Shown here in pieces: positions 18,848-27,800 of a stretch of 64,000 nucleotides of DNA. Below the pieces are notes generated by a model. That model ran no database searches. It was not told the origin of the DNA and was given only the letters and a program-made list of their open reading frames with translations. Origin of the DNA: Nannocystales bacterium (GTDB lineage Bacteria; Myxococcota_A; Polyangia; Nannocystales; Nannocystaceae); NCBI GenBank assembly GCA_050633305.1, contig JBOEGF010000004.1:287929-351928 (forward strand). The letters run 5' to 3'. Both the position numbers and the translations under genes were made by a program. Position 1 is the first letter of the stretch. The number at the start of each line of letters is the position of its first letter.

Positions 18848-19681
18848 CTAGGTGCGCGCGCCCTCGACGTAGGGAACTTCGAAACACTTGGGGTGCATGA
18901 TCGGGCCGTGCCCGAAGTACCCCTCTTCGCCGAACAGTTCGCCGTGGTCCGCCGTCACGATGAAGCGGGTCCCCACGGGCACCTTCTCCATCAACTCCCC
19001 AATCTTCTTGTCGACATACTCCACACACGTGACCTGCTGTCGGTGCAACGACTCGAAACGCTCGGGGGTGAAGAAATCCAGAGCACCCGTCGTCGCGACC
19101 TTGCTTGCGGCCTGAGCCCCCATTTGCTTGAGTGCACCGTGGACCCCCGAAACGTGTGGGAGGTCCTCCCCCGACAACATGTACGGGTAGTGCGTCTCCC
19201 CGAGGTTGAGGAAGTAGTAGTTCGGCTCGTCGGGGTCACACTCGATGTCCTCGATCATTCCCGCGAAGTCGTTGTGGTTCGGGCGAAGCTCGTACGCATC
19301 GAAGTGCTGGTTGAGCAGCGTGTGCTGGTTGAGCACGGGCATCGACACCATCGCGTGGGTCACGTACCCCAGGTTGGTGAGCGCCTTGGGAAGCGACAGC
19401 TCCGGCAAAAAATCGCGAAACTCCACGTCGGCCCGGCCCGTTCGCTCCCGCCAGTGTGCGTACTCGTCCTTGTACACCTCGGACGCCATCACGCCGCTGG
19501 GACTGGTGTGGGGCATGAGTCCCATCGCAAATGTGTAGTGCGAGGGGGCGGTCCAAGAAGCGTACGCGTAGCGTTTCTCCGCCTCGCCGAGACGGTCGAT
19601 GTTGGGGGTGTGTGCCCGCTCGAACGAGTCGAACCGGCAGCTATCCATCACGATGAAGATGATCGAGTTCATATCGTTCAT
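18848..19681 (-). CDS. Sulfatase-like / alkaline-phosphatase-superfamily metalloenzyme
   Basis: IVMDSCR, ASWTAPSH, ETHYPY, TADHGE, GHG. ATGA overlap with the upstream esterase. Confidence 0.8.
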   Translation of the reverse strand: MNDMNSIIFIVMDSCRFDSFERAHTPNIDRLGEAEKRYAYASWTAPSHYTFAMGLMPHTSPSGVMASEVYKDEYAHWRERTGRADVEFRDFLPELSLPKALTNLGYVTHAMVSMPVLNQHTLLNQHFDAYELRPNHNDFAGMIEDIECDPDEPNYYFLNLGETHYPYMLSGEDLPHVSGVHGALKQMGAQAASKVATTGALDFFTPERFESLHRQQVTCVEYVDKKIGELMEKVPVGTRFIVTADHGELFGEEGYFGHGPIMHPKCFEVPYVEGART

Positions 19682-20607
19682 AACAACTCCAGGGTCCGCA
19701 GGAATGCGTCGACAGTCTCGGTATAGCTGCCCTGGGCGCCCAGCTCCGAGTTGAGTTCGCGGTGGGAGAGGTCGACCTCCGAAACCCGAGCACGGCCCCC
19801 GAGTTCGTCGATCTTCTCCGCGAAGGCCCGCGCCTGGCCGCAGGACGCGAGGCGCTGACTCGAGCAAACCAGCAACATCGGGGCGGGTGCGGCACGCAAC
19901 CGGTGCCACGGGGACGCGGCCCGCCACTGCGCGGGGTCGTCGGAGAAGACCCGGTCGTAGAAGGGAAAGTGCCGGCGATTCATGACGCGCTCCACGTTGA
20001 GGGCTGCGCTGTCGAGCGCCACGGTTCCGAGCCAAGGCTTTGCACCCTGTTCGGATGCCAACGAAGGGTCGGCGGCAAGGAGTGCGACGAGGTGTGCGCC
20101 CGAGGAATGCCCGAGGAGGACGGTGCGCTGTGCATCGCCGCCCCACCCCTGCGCGTGCTCTTGGACGTATGCCAGTGCACGCGCGACGTCCTTCGCCTGT
20201 CTCAACGGGTCGGGTGGCAGAAGCTGGTAGTTCACGGATACGACGACGAACCCGTGCCCGACCAGGTGCTTTGCCTTCCGCGAGATGAACGCAGGCTCGG
20301 CCTTGTCCCCCTTCTGCCACGCTCCCCCATGCACGAGCACGGCGACAGGTGCTTCGGAGGCGTCTGCAGGTCGGTAGACGTCGAGACGATCGGCCGCGCC
20401 CGGGCCGTACTCGACGTCCTTGAGGACTCGGTCACCCGAGAGTTGCGTCGCGGGTGCTTCGCTCTTGTTGCTCATCGTGTTGTCGGCACAAGCGGGGAGG
20501 AACTCCATGCAGCCGGCGAGACTGGTGAGCCCCAAGCCGAGGAGAACGAGATTGACGGCGCGGCCGCGCGTCGAGGGCTCAAACGGAACGCGCAAGGAAC
20601 ACCTCAC
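19678..20607 (-). CDS. HSL-family alpha/beta-hydrolase (esterase/lipase), possibly a lipoprotein
   Basis: LDVY, HGGAW, GHSSG, C-terminal His (LSH) and N-terminal LAGC. Start uncertain. Confidence 0.85.
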   Translation of the reverse strand: MRCSLRVPFEPSTRGRAVNLVLLGLGLTSLAGCMEFLPACADNTMSNKSEAPATQLSGDRVLKDVEYGPGAADRLDVYRPADASEAPVAVLVHGGAWQKGDKAEPAFISRKAKHLVGHGFVVVSVNYQLLPPDPLRQAKDVARALAYVQEHAQGWGGDAQRTVLLGHSSGAHLVALLAADPSLASEQGAKPWLGTVALDSAALNVERVMNRRHFPFYDRVFSDDPAQWRAASPWHRLRAAPAPMLLVCSSQRLASCGQARAFAEKIDELGGRARVSEVDLSHRELNSELGAQGSYTETVDAFLRTLELL

Positions 20608-22054
20608 AACCCCCGCGGGGGTTCGGCTCGTATTGAGTGCCGTTGATCGGCATGATCTTCGGCCCGAAGGGGTTCGCAGTGCCCAGGAACAGGCCGTGGT
20701 GGGTGGAGATCAGGGTGCGCAGCCCAATGTTGTACGGGTTGGACATTCCGCTCGTCGTGACCGGCACCCAGTTCTCACCATCGTAGCTTCGATACAGGTC
20801 GAAGCCCGAGTGATGGTCCAGGACCATCTGAGGGCCGACGTGGTTCATGATGTTGACGAACGGTTCAGGCCACGACGAGCGGTTCGCGTACCCCATCAAC
20901 GCGCTCCAATCGAAGGTCCCCATGTACAGCCACCCCTCGTGCTCGCACATTCGCCAGAAATAGCCATTGAAGAAGTTGTCGAACCCCGGCAGGTAACCCG
21001 ACAGCGCTCGTTTGTAGCCATCTGGGGTGTCGCGTGAGTCGCCGACCAGAAGGTCCCAACTCTTGTCGGGGTGAATCCTGATCATCTCTGGCGGAGCCGG
21101 GCCGACGTTGTTCTGTCGGTCGATGCCACCGCCTTGAATCGCGCTGCCGACGTAGAGTGCCCCTTTGAACGGGTACATGCTGAGCACGCACTGGTTCAGG
21201 GGGCCGCGCCACGCTCCATGTTCGATGACCCGCTCCCAACGGTACGGCGGGGTCCCGCAGAGGTCGCTGCGCCAGACCTGGAACCCCTTGAGGTTGAACG
21301 TCCCCACGTACAGGTGTTCGCCCATGCCCGCCATCTCGAACACGGTGAGGTTGCCCGGATCGCCGAACCCGAAATCACTGACCGGCTCCCATCCACCGCG
21401 CTCCGGAGCCCGGCTTTCATACACGACGGAGTGCGCGGACACGTTGGGGTTGCCGCCCCGAGACCCGGCAGGCGTGGTGAACATCCGCCCCTTGAAGGAG
21501 ACCATGGTGCGAATGGTCGTGACCGGCAGGCCAATGAGACCCGGCTCGCAGCTCGGTTTGAACGTGAGACCGTCCTCCGAGCACAACAGGAGGGGGCCTG
21601 GACCCTTTGCGGGAGACCAGGTCGACACGAACAGCCGCGGGGGCTCTTCTGGGCTCGAGCGATGCACGATCATGCCCCGGAAGCCGAGCGACCGTGGGAT
21701 CTTCTTCCCGTGGCTCCCCACGATCAGCGGTGCCTTGAACACCCGGGTCCAGCTGTCGGCGCCGATGTCATACCGCCAGATCTCAGCCCGAAGATCGAGC
21801 GAGAACGGGTTCTGGGGGCACTCGACCGGCCACACGTCCATGCCGATCGGAAGTTTTCTCTTCATCAGCGGGAAGTTGCCCCGCGTCGTGGCCACGTAGA
21901 GGTAGCCGCGAAACCACGCCATCGAGTGCGCGTATGCGTTGACCCCATCTCCGAACCCGCGGCGCGCGATGAGGCGGAAGTCTCGCTCGTGCAAGCCGCG
22001 TGGCGGGCCCATCCGCTGCACCCGTCCGGAGAACTGAGACCAAGCCTCGGTCAT
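20579..22054 (-). CDS. Putative cytoplasmic beta-propeller protein with GFGDxxN...LYVGT repeats
   Basis: About six blade-like repeats plus Asp-box-like SEDGLTF and SYDGENW; ATGA-coupled to the upstream hydrolase. Confidence 0.75.
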   Translation of the reverse strand: MTEAWSQFSGRVQRMGPPRGLHERDFRLIARRGFGDGVNAYAHSMAWFRGYLYVATTRGNFPLMKRKLPIGMDVWPVECPQNPFSLDLRAEIWRYDIGADSWTRVFKAPLIVGSHGKKIPRSLGFRGMIVHRSSPEEPPRLFVSTWSPAKGPGPLLLCSEDGLTFKPSCEPGLIGLPVTTIRTMVSFKGRMFTTPAGSRGGNPNVSAHSVVYESRAPERGGWEPVSDFGFGDPGNLTVFEMAGMGEHLYVGTFNLKGFQVWRSDLCGTPPYRWERVIEHGAWRGPLNQCVLSMYPFKGALYVGSAIQGGGIDRQNNVGPAPPEMIRIHPDKSWDLLVGDSRDTPDGYKRALSGYLPGFDNFFNGYFWRMCEHEGWLYMGTFDWSALMGYANRSSWPEPFVNIMNHVGPQMVLDHHSGFDLYRSYDGENWVPVTTSGMSNPYNIGLRTLISTHHGLFLGTANPFGPKIMPINGTQYEPNPRGGCEVFLARSV

Positions 22055-22977
22055 GTCAGCGCCAGCCTCGTCATGCTGGTGAACGAGGTCTGCGCGTAGG
22101 CCTCGGTGTTCCCTGCTTCGAGCCAATCCCAGAAGACCGAGCACGCTGCGATCACCGCGTCGGCTCTGGACGTCGGGAAGAAGTGCCCGGCCTCCGGCAG
22201 CGTGAACGACTTTGCCTGGGGCCACGCACTACGCAGGAAGTCCTGCGTGAGACGAGCCTTGGACCGCTCCCCGTACATCGCAAGCGCGGGAAAGTGCATG
22301 TTCTCAAAGCTCGACGCGGTCAGACCATCCGGAGCCCGCAACTCGGCCGCGCCGCGCTCCGCGACGTCGAGCCACCGCTGCGCTGTTCGCCGAGGGTGCC
22401 GCCCCAGCGATGGACCGACCAGCGAGATGAGCTCTGGGGGAAGCGTCTTGCCCGCGACGATGATCCGGGCGGCGCAGGTCAACAACTCGAACCCGAAGAA
22501 GGGGGAACGAACATCGACCTTGAGCCCCAGCTTGGTCAACACTGCCTCCACCACAGCCCCGTGAGGCCACGCCCTGCCTGCCCCCGCGAGACGGCCGAGC
22601 CACAGCTGCGTGTCGGCCAAGACCATGCTTGCCACAGCGGCCGGATCGTCCGCGGCCAGGGCCAAGGCAACAGCCCCCCCGAAGCTGTGCGCCATGAAGT
22701 GCGCACGCTCGATCTCCAGGTGGTGCATCAACCCCCGAAGATCACGAGCCTGGTTGCGGACGGTGTACCCCGACTCCGTGATCTCCGAGCGCCCGTGGCC
22801 GCGGAGGTCGAACAATGTCACCCGATACCGCGAGGAGAACTCTGGCCCGTATGGCAGGTACCAAAACGCCAGCGAGGTCGCCAAGCCGTGGACCATGATG
22901 AGGTCCTCCGCGTTGGGGTCCGTGCAGGGAAGCTGCACATAGTTCAGGCGTGCGCCGTTGATCCTCGCGGTCGGCAT
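22051..22977 (-). CDS. Alpha/beta-fold hydrolase (candidate thioesterase/release enzyme)
   Basis: VHGL, DLRGHGRS, AHSFGG nucleophile elbow, AGHFFP. Confidence 0.88.
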   Translation of the reverse strand: MPTARINGARLNYVQLPCTDPNAEDLIMVHGLATSLAFWYLPYGPEFSSRYRVTLFDLRGHGRSEITESGYTVRNQARDLRGLMHHLEIERAHFMAHSFGGAVALALAADDPAAVASMVLADTQLWLGRLAGAGRAWPHGAVVEAVLTKLGLKVDVRSPFFGFELLTCAARIIVAGKTLPPELISLVGPSLGRHPRRTAQRWLDVAERGAAELRAPDGLTASSFENMHFPALAMYGERSKARLTQDFLRSAWPQAKSFTLPEAGHFFPTSRADAVIAACSVFWDWLEAGNTEAYAQTSFTSMTRLALT

Positions 22978-22981
22978 CGTC

Positions 22982-24574
22982 TTACTCCACGTAGCCCAGC
23001 ATCTGCAGCTGAGCCATGATCTGGTCCTTGTCGTCGGAGGACATCGACCCGGCGGTCTCGTTTCGTGCGGCGTGCTGCGTCGATGCTCCGATGGTCACAG
23101 GGTGAGCCATGAGGTGGTCATCGGTGTACATCTCCGTGGGGACCTTGCCTTCGAAGTCCGAGGGCACGTCCAGGCCCAAGCTGTGCACCAGCGTCGCGCC
23201 AACGTCGACGATGTTGCGCCGTGGCAACAGAGCTCCGGGTCGAATCCCAGGCCCGTAGGCGATGAAGATGCCATCGGGGTGGTGCGTTCCTGCGATCGAG
23301 GGCCGGGGTTCTACGGCTGGTTCCTTGTTCTTGATGGAGACGAACCCGTGGTCCCGCAACACGAGCAACAGGTCGGGCGCGCTCTCCATGGCCTCTCCGG
23401 GGAAGACCTCCTCTCGGCGGTGGATCTCGGTGACGATCCGCTCTCCGGAGGCGGGGTCGCGGAAGTCCTCGAGGTCCGCGATCAGCCGGTCGCGAAGGGC
23501 TTCGTAGTTTGCCGGGTCGACCCCCTGCTTGCCCGGGCCGTCGGCGACCCGGATCGTGATGCCGTTGCTGGAGGGCGTTCCGCAGTAGGCGACCGTTCGC
23601 TCCCAGTCGAGGTAGGCGAACATGCTGTCCTCGCGGCGACGACCCGCCTCTGTCTTGGGAACGTCGACCCAGTGCAGGTAGCCGCGCTCGGCGAGGAACG
23701 TGTTGATCCGGACCACCTCATCGGTCGCGGTGAACCCGTGGTCCGAGGCCAAGAAGACGTTCGTGTCCGGCCCCGCCTTGGTCACGAGCCGCTCAATGAA
23801 CGTGTCGAGCTGCCGGAAGTAGTCCAGGCATAGCGTCCGCATCCGCTGGTGGTACTCGCTGAGCTCTCCTCCTTGCTGGGCAGGGTCGAGGTACAGCCAA
23901 GCCTGGTGCTGGAGCTTGTCGACCCCGTCGAACATGACTGCCATGAGTTCGGGCGCCTCGTTCTCGAGCAGATGCTCTGCGATTCGGAACCACTGCATCT
24001 CACGGGGCAAGTGGTACCGAATCCACCCCTCTCGGTCGTCGTCGGAGAGCTCGTCGAGCGCCTGTTTCTCCTGCTCGAAGTCCCAGGCGAGTTCCTTGGG
24101 GTTGAAGTCCGGGATCTTCTTGAGCTCGTCGTAGAACTTCTTGGGCGCGCAGTTGCGACGCAGGTGCCGCCACGGAACGAACCCCGGGACCATGAATCCG
24201 TTGAGGTCGGCCGGCGGAGGTGCCGTGAACGGGAAGTTCAGGGCTGCGACCCGCTGGTCCTGCCGGCTGATGATCGACCAGATCGTCTCCACCCGACAGT
24301 CGCGTGAGTCGTAGAGGGTGAAGAACACGTCGTTGTCCGTCTCCTCGGCGCGGATGAAGTCGAACACACCGTGATGACCAGGGCTGCGGCCTGTCATCAA
24401 AGAAACCCACGCCGGGGGCGTCAGGGGGTTGGGTGTGGAGCGCAACTCCGCACGCGAGCCCTCCGCGAGCAGCTTTGCCATGAACGGCATGACCGGCTCG
24501 GAGCCGTGGGTGAGGTCGTCCAGGACGGTGAAGGTTGCGCCGTCGAGGCCAATGAACAAGGTCTTGGTGGTCAT
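22982..24574 (-). CDS. Alkaline phosphatase family protein (nucleotide pyrophosphatase/phosphodiesterase-like)
   Basis: IGLDGAT, TPPAWVSLMTG, DKLQH, SDHG, GTHHPDG, C-terminal LQMLGYVE. Start at 24574 with ATGA overlap. Confidence 0.88.
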   Translation of the reverse strand: MTTKTLFIGLDGATFTVLDDLTHGSEPVMPFMAKLLAEGSRAELRSTPNPLTPPAWVSLMTGRSPGHHGVFDFIRAEETDNDVFFTLYDSRDCRVETIWSIISRQDQRVAALNFPFTAPPPADLNGFMVPGFVPWRHLRRNCAPKKFYDELKKIPDFNPKELAWDFEQEKQALDELSDDDREGWIRYHLPREMQWFRIAEHLLENEAPELMAVMFDGVDKLQHQAWLYLDPAQQGGELSEYHQRMRTLCLDYFRQLDTFIERLVTKAGPDTNVFLASDHGFTATDEVVRINTFLAERGYLHWVDVPKTEAGRRREDSMFAYLDWERTVAYCGTPSSNGITIRVADGPGKQGVDPANYEALRDRLIADLEDFRDPASGERIVTEIHRREEVFPGEAMESAPDLLLVLRDHGFVSIKNKEPAVEPRPSIAGTHHPDGIFIAYGPGIRPGALLPRRNIVDVGATLVHSLGLDVPSDFEGKVPTEMYTDDHLMAHPVTIGASTQHAARNETAGSMSSDDKDQIMAQLQMLGYVE

Positions 24575-24885
24575 GTCAGGGATTCGGGCTGTTGGAGTCT
24601 TCTCGACACGAAGTCGGCGATCTGCTGAAGCGTAAGGTCGGAGACGTAGCTCCCGTCGACCATGAGGAGGGCCTGGAACCCGAGCTTGCGGCTGTAGAGT
24701 TCTTCGATGGCCACACACAACTGGATGATGTCCACCGAAGCGAAATCGAGGTTCTCGACGACCTGGGTGGTCCCATCAAGCGTGTCGACGTCGAGGCCCC
24801 AGTCGACGATGAGGTCTTCCACGATGACGACGAGGGCCCGTAGGACCGCGGCGCTGGAGGTTACGGATTGCTGGGTTGGTTCCAC
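24571..24885 (-). CDS. Stand-alone acyl carrier protein
   Basis: 104 aa, acidic, NLDFASVDIIQLCVAIEE with Ser at the phosphopantetheine position; ends TLQQIADFV. Confidence 0.8.
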   Translation of the reverse strand: MEPTQQSVTSSAAVLRALVVIVEDLIVDWGLDVDTLDGTTQVVENLDFASVDIIQLCVAIEELYSRKLGFQALLMVDGSYVSDLTLQQIADFVSRRLQQPESLT

Positions 24886-27800
24886 TGCATGATCTCCGGG
24901 TTGGGAGGGCTTGCGACGGCGACGATCGAGGCGCCGTCACGGACAAGGTCGATGTGCACACGGGCGTGTTGGTGACGGACAACCGCCGTGTCCCCCGCAG
25001 GGTCGAGCTGGACCTCAAAGGCGGACGGATCCCCACCGAGCCCACAGCCAAGGAATTTCGCTGCCGCCTCTTTGGCGCACCAGTAGCGAAGGAGCCGGTC
25101 TTGGAGCGCCTCGCCCCGCAGCGCCTCCAAGCTGGCCTGCTCGCTCGTAGACAGCGCCTGTCGGAGAAGCTCAGGGCGGCGAGCCTTCTCGAGCCCCTCC
25201 CGATCAACACCGACTCTGCGCATGCCGTCTGAGATGGCGACAAGGCAGGTCGAGGCATCGTGGGAAAGCGACACCGAGGGAGGGGCGACCAACGCATCGG
25301 CCCACACGCCCGTGACATACGGCGCGCCGAGTTCGTCGCTGTCGACGGCGATGGCGCTCGCGTACAGGAGTTCTCCCGTTTGGCGATAGATCCAAGCCCG
25401 CACGGCCTCCTTGATCGCCGCGCGCCCCAGCAGCCATTGCCGACGTCGTCGAGGGGTGTCGCCCAGAGCCTCGAACACCTGTCGCTCGCGCGCATCGAGG
25501 TAGATGCTGGCCAAGATGCGGCCGAAGATCCCCTCGGACTGAGTCAGGAAGGCCTCCGAGAACATGGGCAGCTCCCACAACGAGACGTCCGAGCGTCCGG
25601 GCAGCGAGACCGGTTGTCCGAGCCAGTGCGTCAAGGGCTGCCGCCTCACGTTGTAGAAGCGCAGCGGGACCGGGAAGTACGCGTTGCGCAGGCCGACCGC
25701 GCGCAGCAACGGACGGGAGCGACGGTCGAGGCACTCGAAGTCCCACGTGCGACCTCCAGCGATGTCGGTGCTGTTGGGATCATCGGGGCGCTGGCGTCCG
25801 AGCAGGCGGAGGCCAGACTCGCCTCGGGTCGGGTTTCGGTACAGCTCGAGGCGTTCGATCGTGGAGGGGAACGCATTGAAGCGGACCCCGGCATATTGGG
25901 CGATCCAGTACGCAGCCACCTGCCCCATCGCATCGAGGACGACGGGGTCGAGCACGAGCCCGGGAAGCTGGCCCCGTCGCAGGAACCCAAGCGTGCTCTT
26001 GGCCGCGAGCCGGGTATCAATGCCCTGTTCGTCCCATCCCTCGATGTGCCGCACACTTTGGAACAACGGGCCGTGGAACATGCCACTGGTGTAGAGTTCG
26101 TCGTCGTTCCAGATGGAGTCGCGGTGTTCTCGGAGCTGCGCCAGCGGTGGGCATCGTGTCTTCGCGGCAAAGCAGACCTGCGCACGCACAGCGACCCCCG
26201 CCGTACCGGTGATCGACGCCTCGTAGCGCCCGCTCGCAGCGTCAATGCAGCGTGCCTCGATTTGGAGTTCGAGCTCCCCGCGGTCCAGTGCGATCCACGT
26301 GAAGGCCTGTACTTGCTCGATGGCTCGGACCGCCACGGACCCCGCAAGGACGGCGCACGCCTCCGCGAGCACCTCGAGGCTGACCATGAGCGGCACGCAC
26401 GACAGACCGCGCAGCTCGGTGTCCGAGACCTCGCCACACAGGATGTGGTCGCGCAAGAACGCCTGCGCCTCGACATCGAGGCGGCAGTTCGCCTGCAGCC
26501 GTCCGGACCCATCCACGACGACGTCTTCCAACAGCGGAGCCGCGACACGGCGAGCTGCCGTGCTCTGGCGCGAGGGCATCGGCGTCGGAGCCTCGGCCGC
26601 CGCGGGAGGCCGCGCCTTCGGGGCGGTCAGGCGACGCAGCTGCGACGTCTGCTCCGCGGTCAGGGTGATCTTCGGCATCGAGTTGTCGAGCACCACAAAG
26701 CGCCGCGGCGTCTGCTCTCCGCCCTCGAGGTCGATCGTGTCGATCGTCCGCCCGTCGAACAACCGCTCGAGCTTGAGGGGACGTCCTTGTGTGTAGAGTC
26801 GCCCGACGGTCGTGAGGAGCGTGTGAAGGCTTCCTCGACGTCGGTGGTCGGTGGGCAATGCGACCACCCCAGTACCTCGCGCGATGCTCTGAACGAACGA
26901 GGTGAGGTTGGCCGAAGGCCCGACCTCGACGAAGGTGGTCAAGCCGTCGTCGACCATCCGCCGGATCGTCTCGGTGAACCGAACGGTCTGGGACCACTGC
27001 GCCGCCGCCAAGCCACGGACCTGCTCGTCGTCGTCGGGAAACGGTGCTGCCGATGCGCAGGAGTACAGGGTCGTCGTAGGCTTGCCGACGGCAATGTCGT
27101 CGTAGTAGCCCCGAAACTGGGCGCTGGCGGGCGCAAACGCGGGGGTGTGATAGCCGCGGTCGAAGGGCAGCCGGACGCAGATCCCGCCATCCCCGGTCAG
27201 CTTCTCCTCCAGAGTTTCCACCGACTCGGGGGGGCCGAAGACCACGACTTGGTCGGCGCAGTTGTGCATCGCGACGACGATTGCGGCATCGATTGACGCG
27301 GCCACGGACCGCACTTGCGCGATGGGCATCGCTCCGATCGCCAGCAGCCGCCCGCGCGGGACGTCCCCGTCGGCGAGGACGCGCTGATACACGCTGTTCA
27401 ATCGCCGGATGGGTTCCGCCACATCGGCGGGCCGGTCCCAGGCGATGGCCCCCGAAGCGACCAGCGCTGAGGACTCGCCCGAGCTGTGGCCGAGCATGGC
27501 GTCCGGCGTGACGCCCAGTCGCCGCAGGACAGCCATCACGGCCTGCGCCCCGAAGAACACGGCTTCGGAGCCGACGTCCATGTCGTGAAGCCGGGCCTCC
27601 AGCCCCTTGCGCTCCTCTGCGGTCACCGATGACGCAGGCCACACGATGTCCGTCCGGCGATGTCCAGGCGGCTCGGCGTACACGCCAGACCAGACGTCGA
27701 ACCACTCTCGGGCGTCTTCGAACGCCGTGGTGAGGTCTTCCAGCATACCGACGTACTGCGAGCCCTCGCCCGGAAAGACGAAGGCGAGCCGGCCATCATC

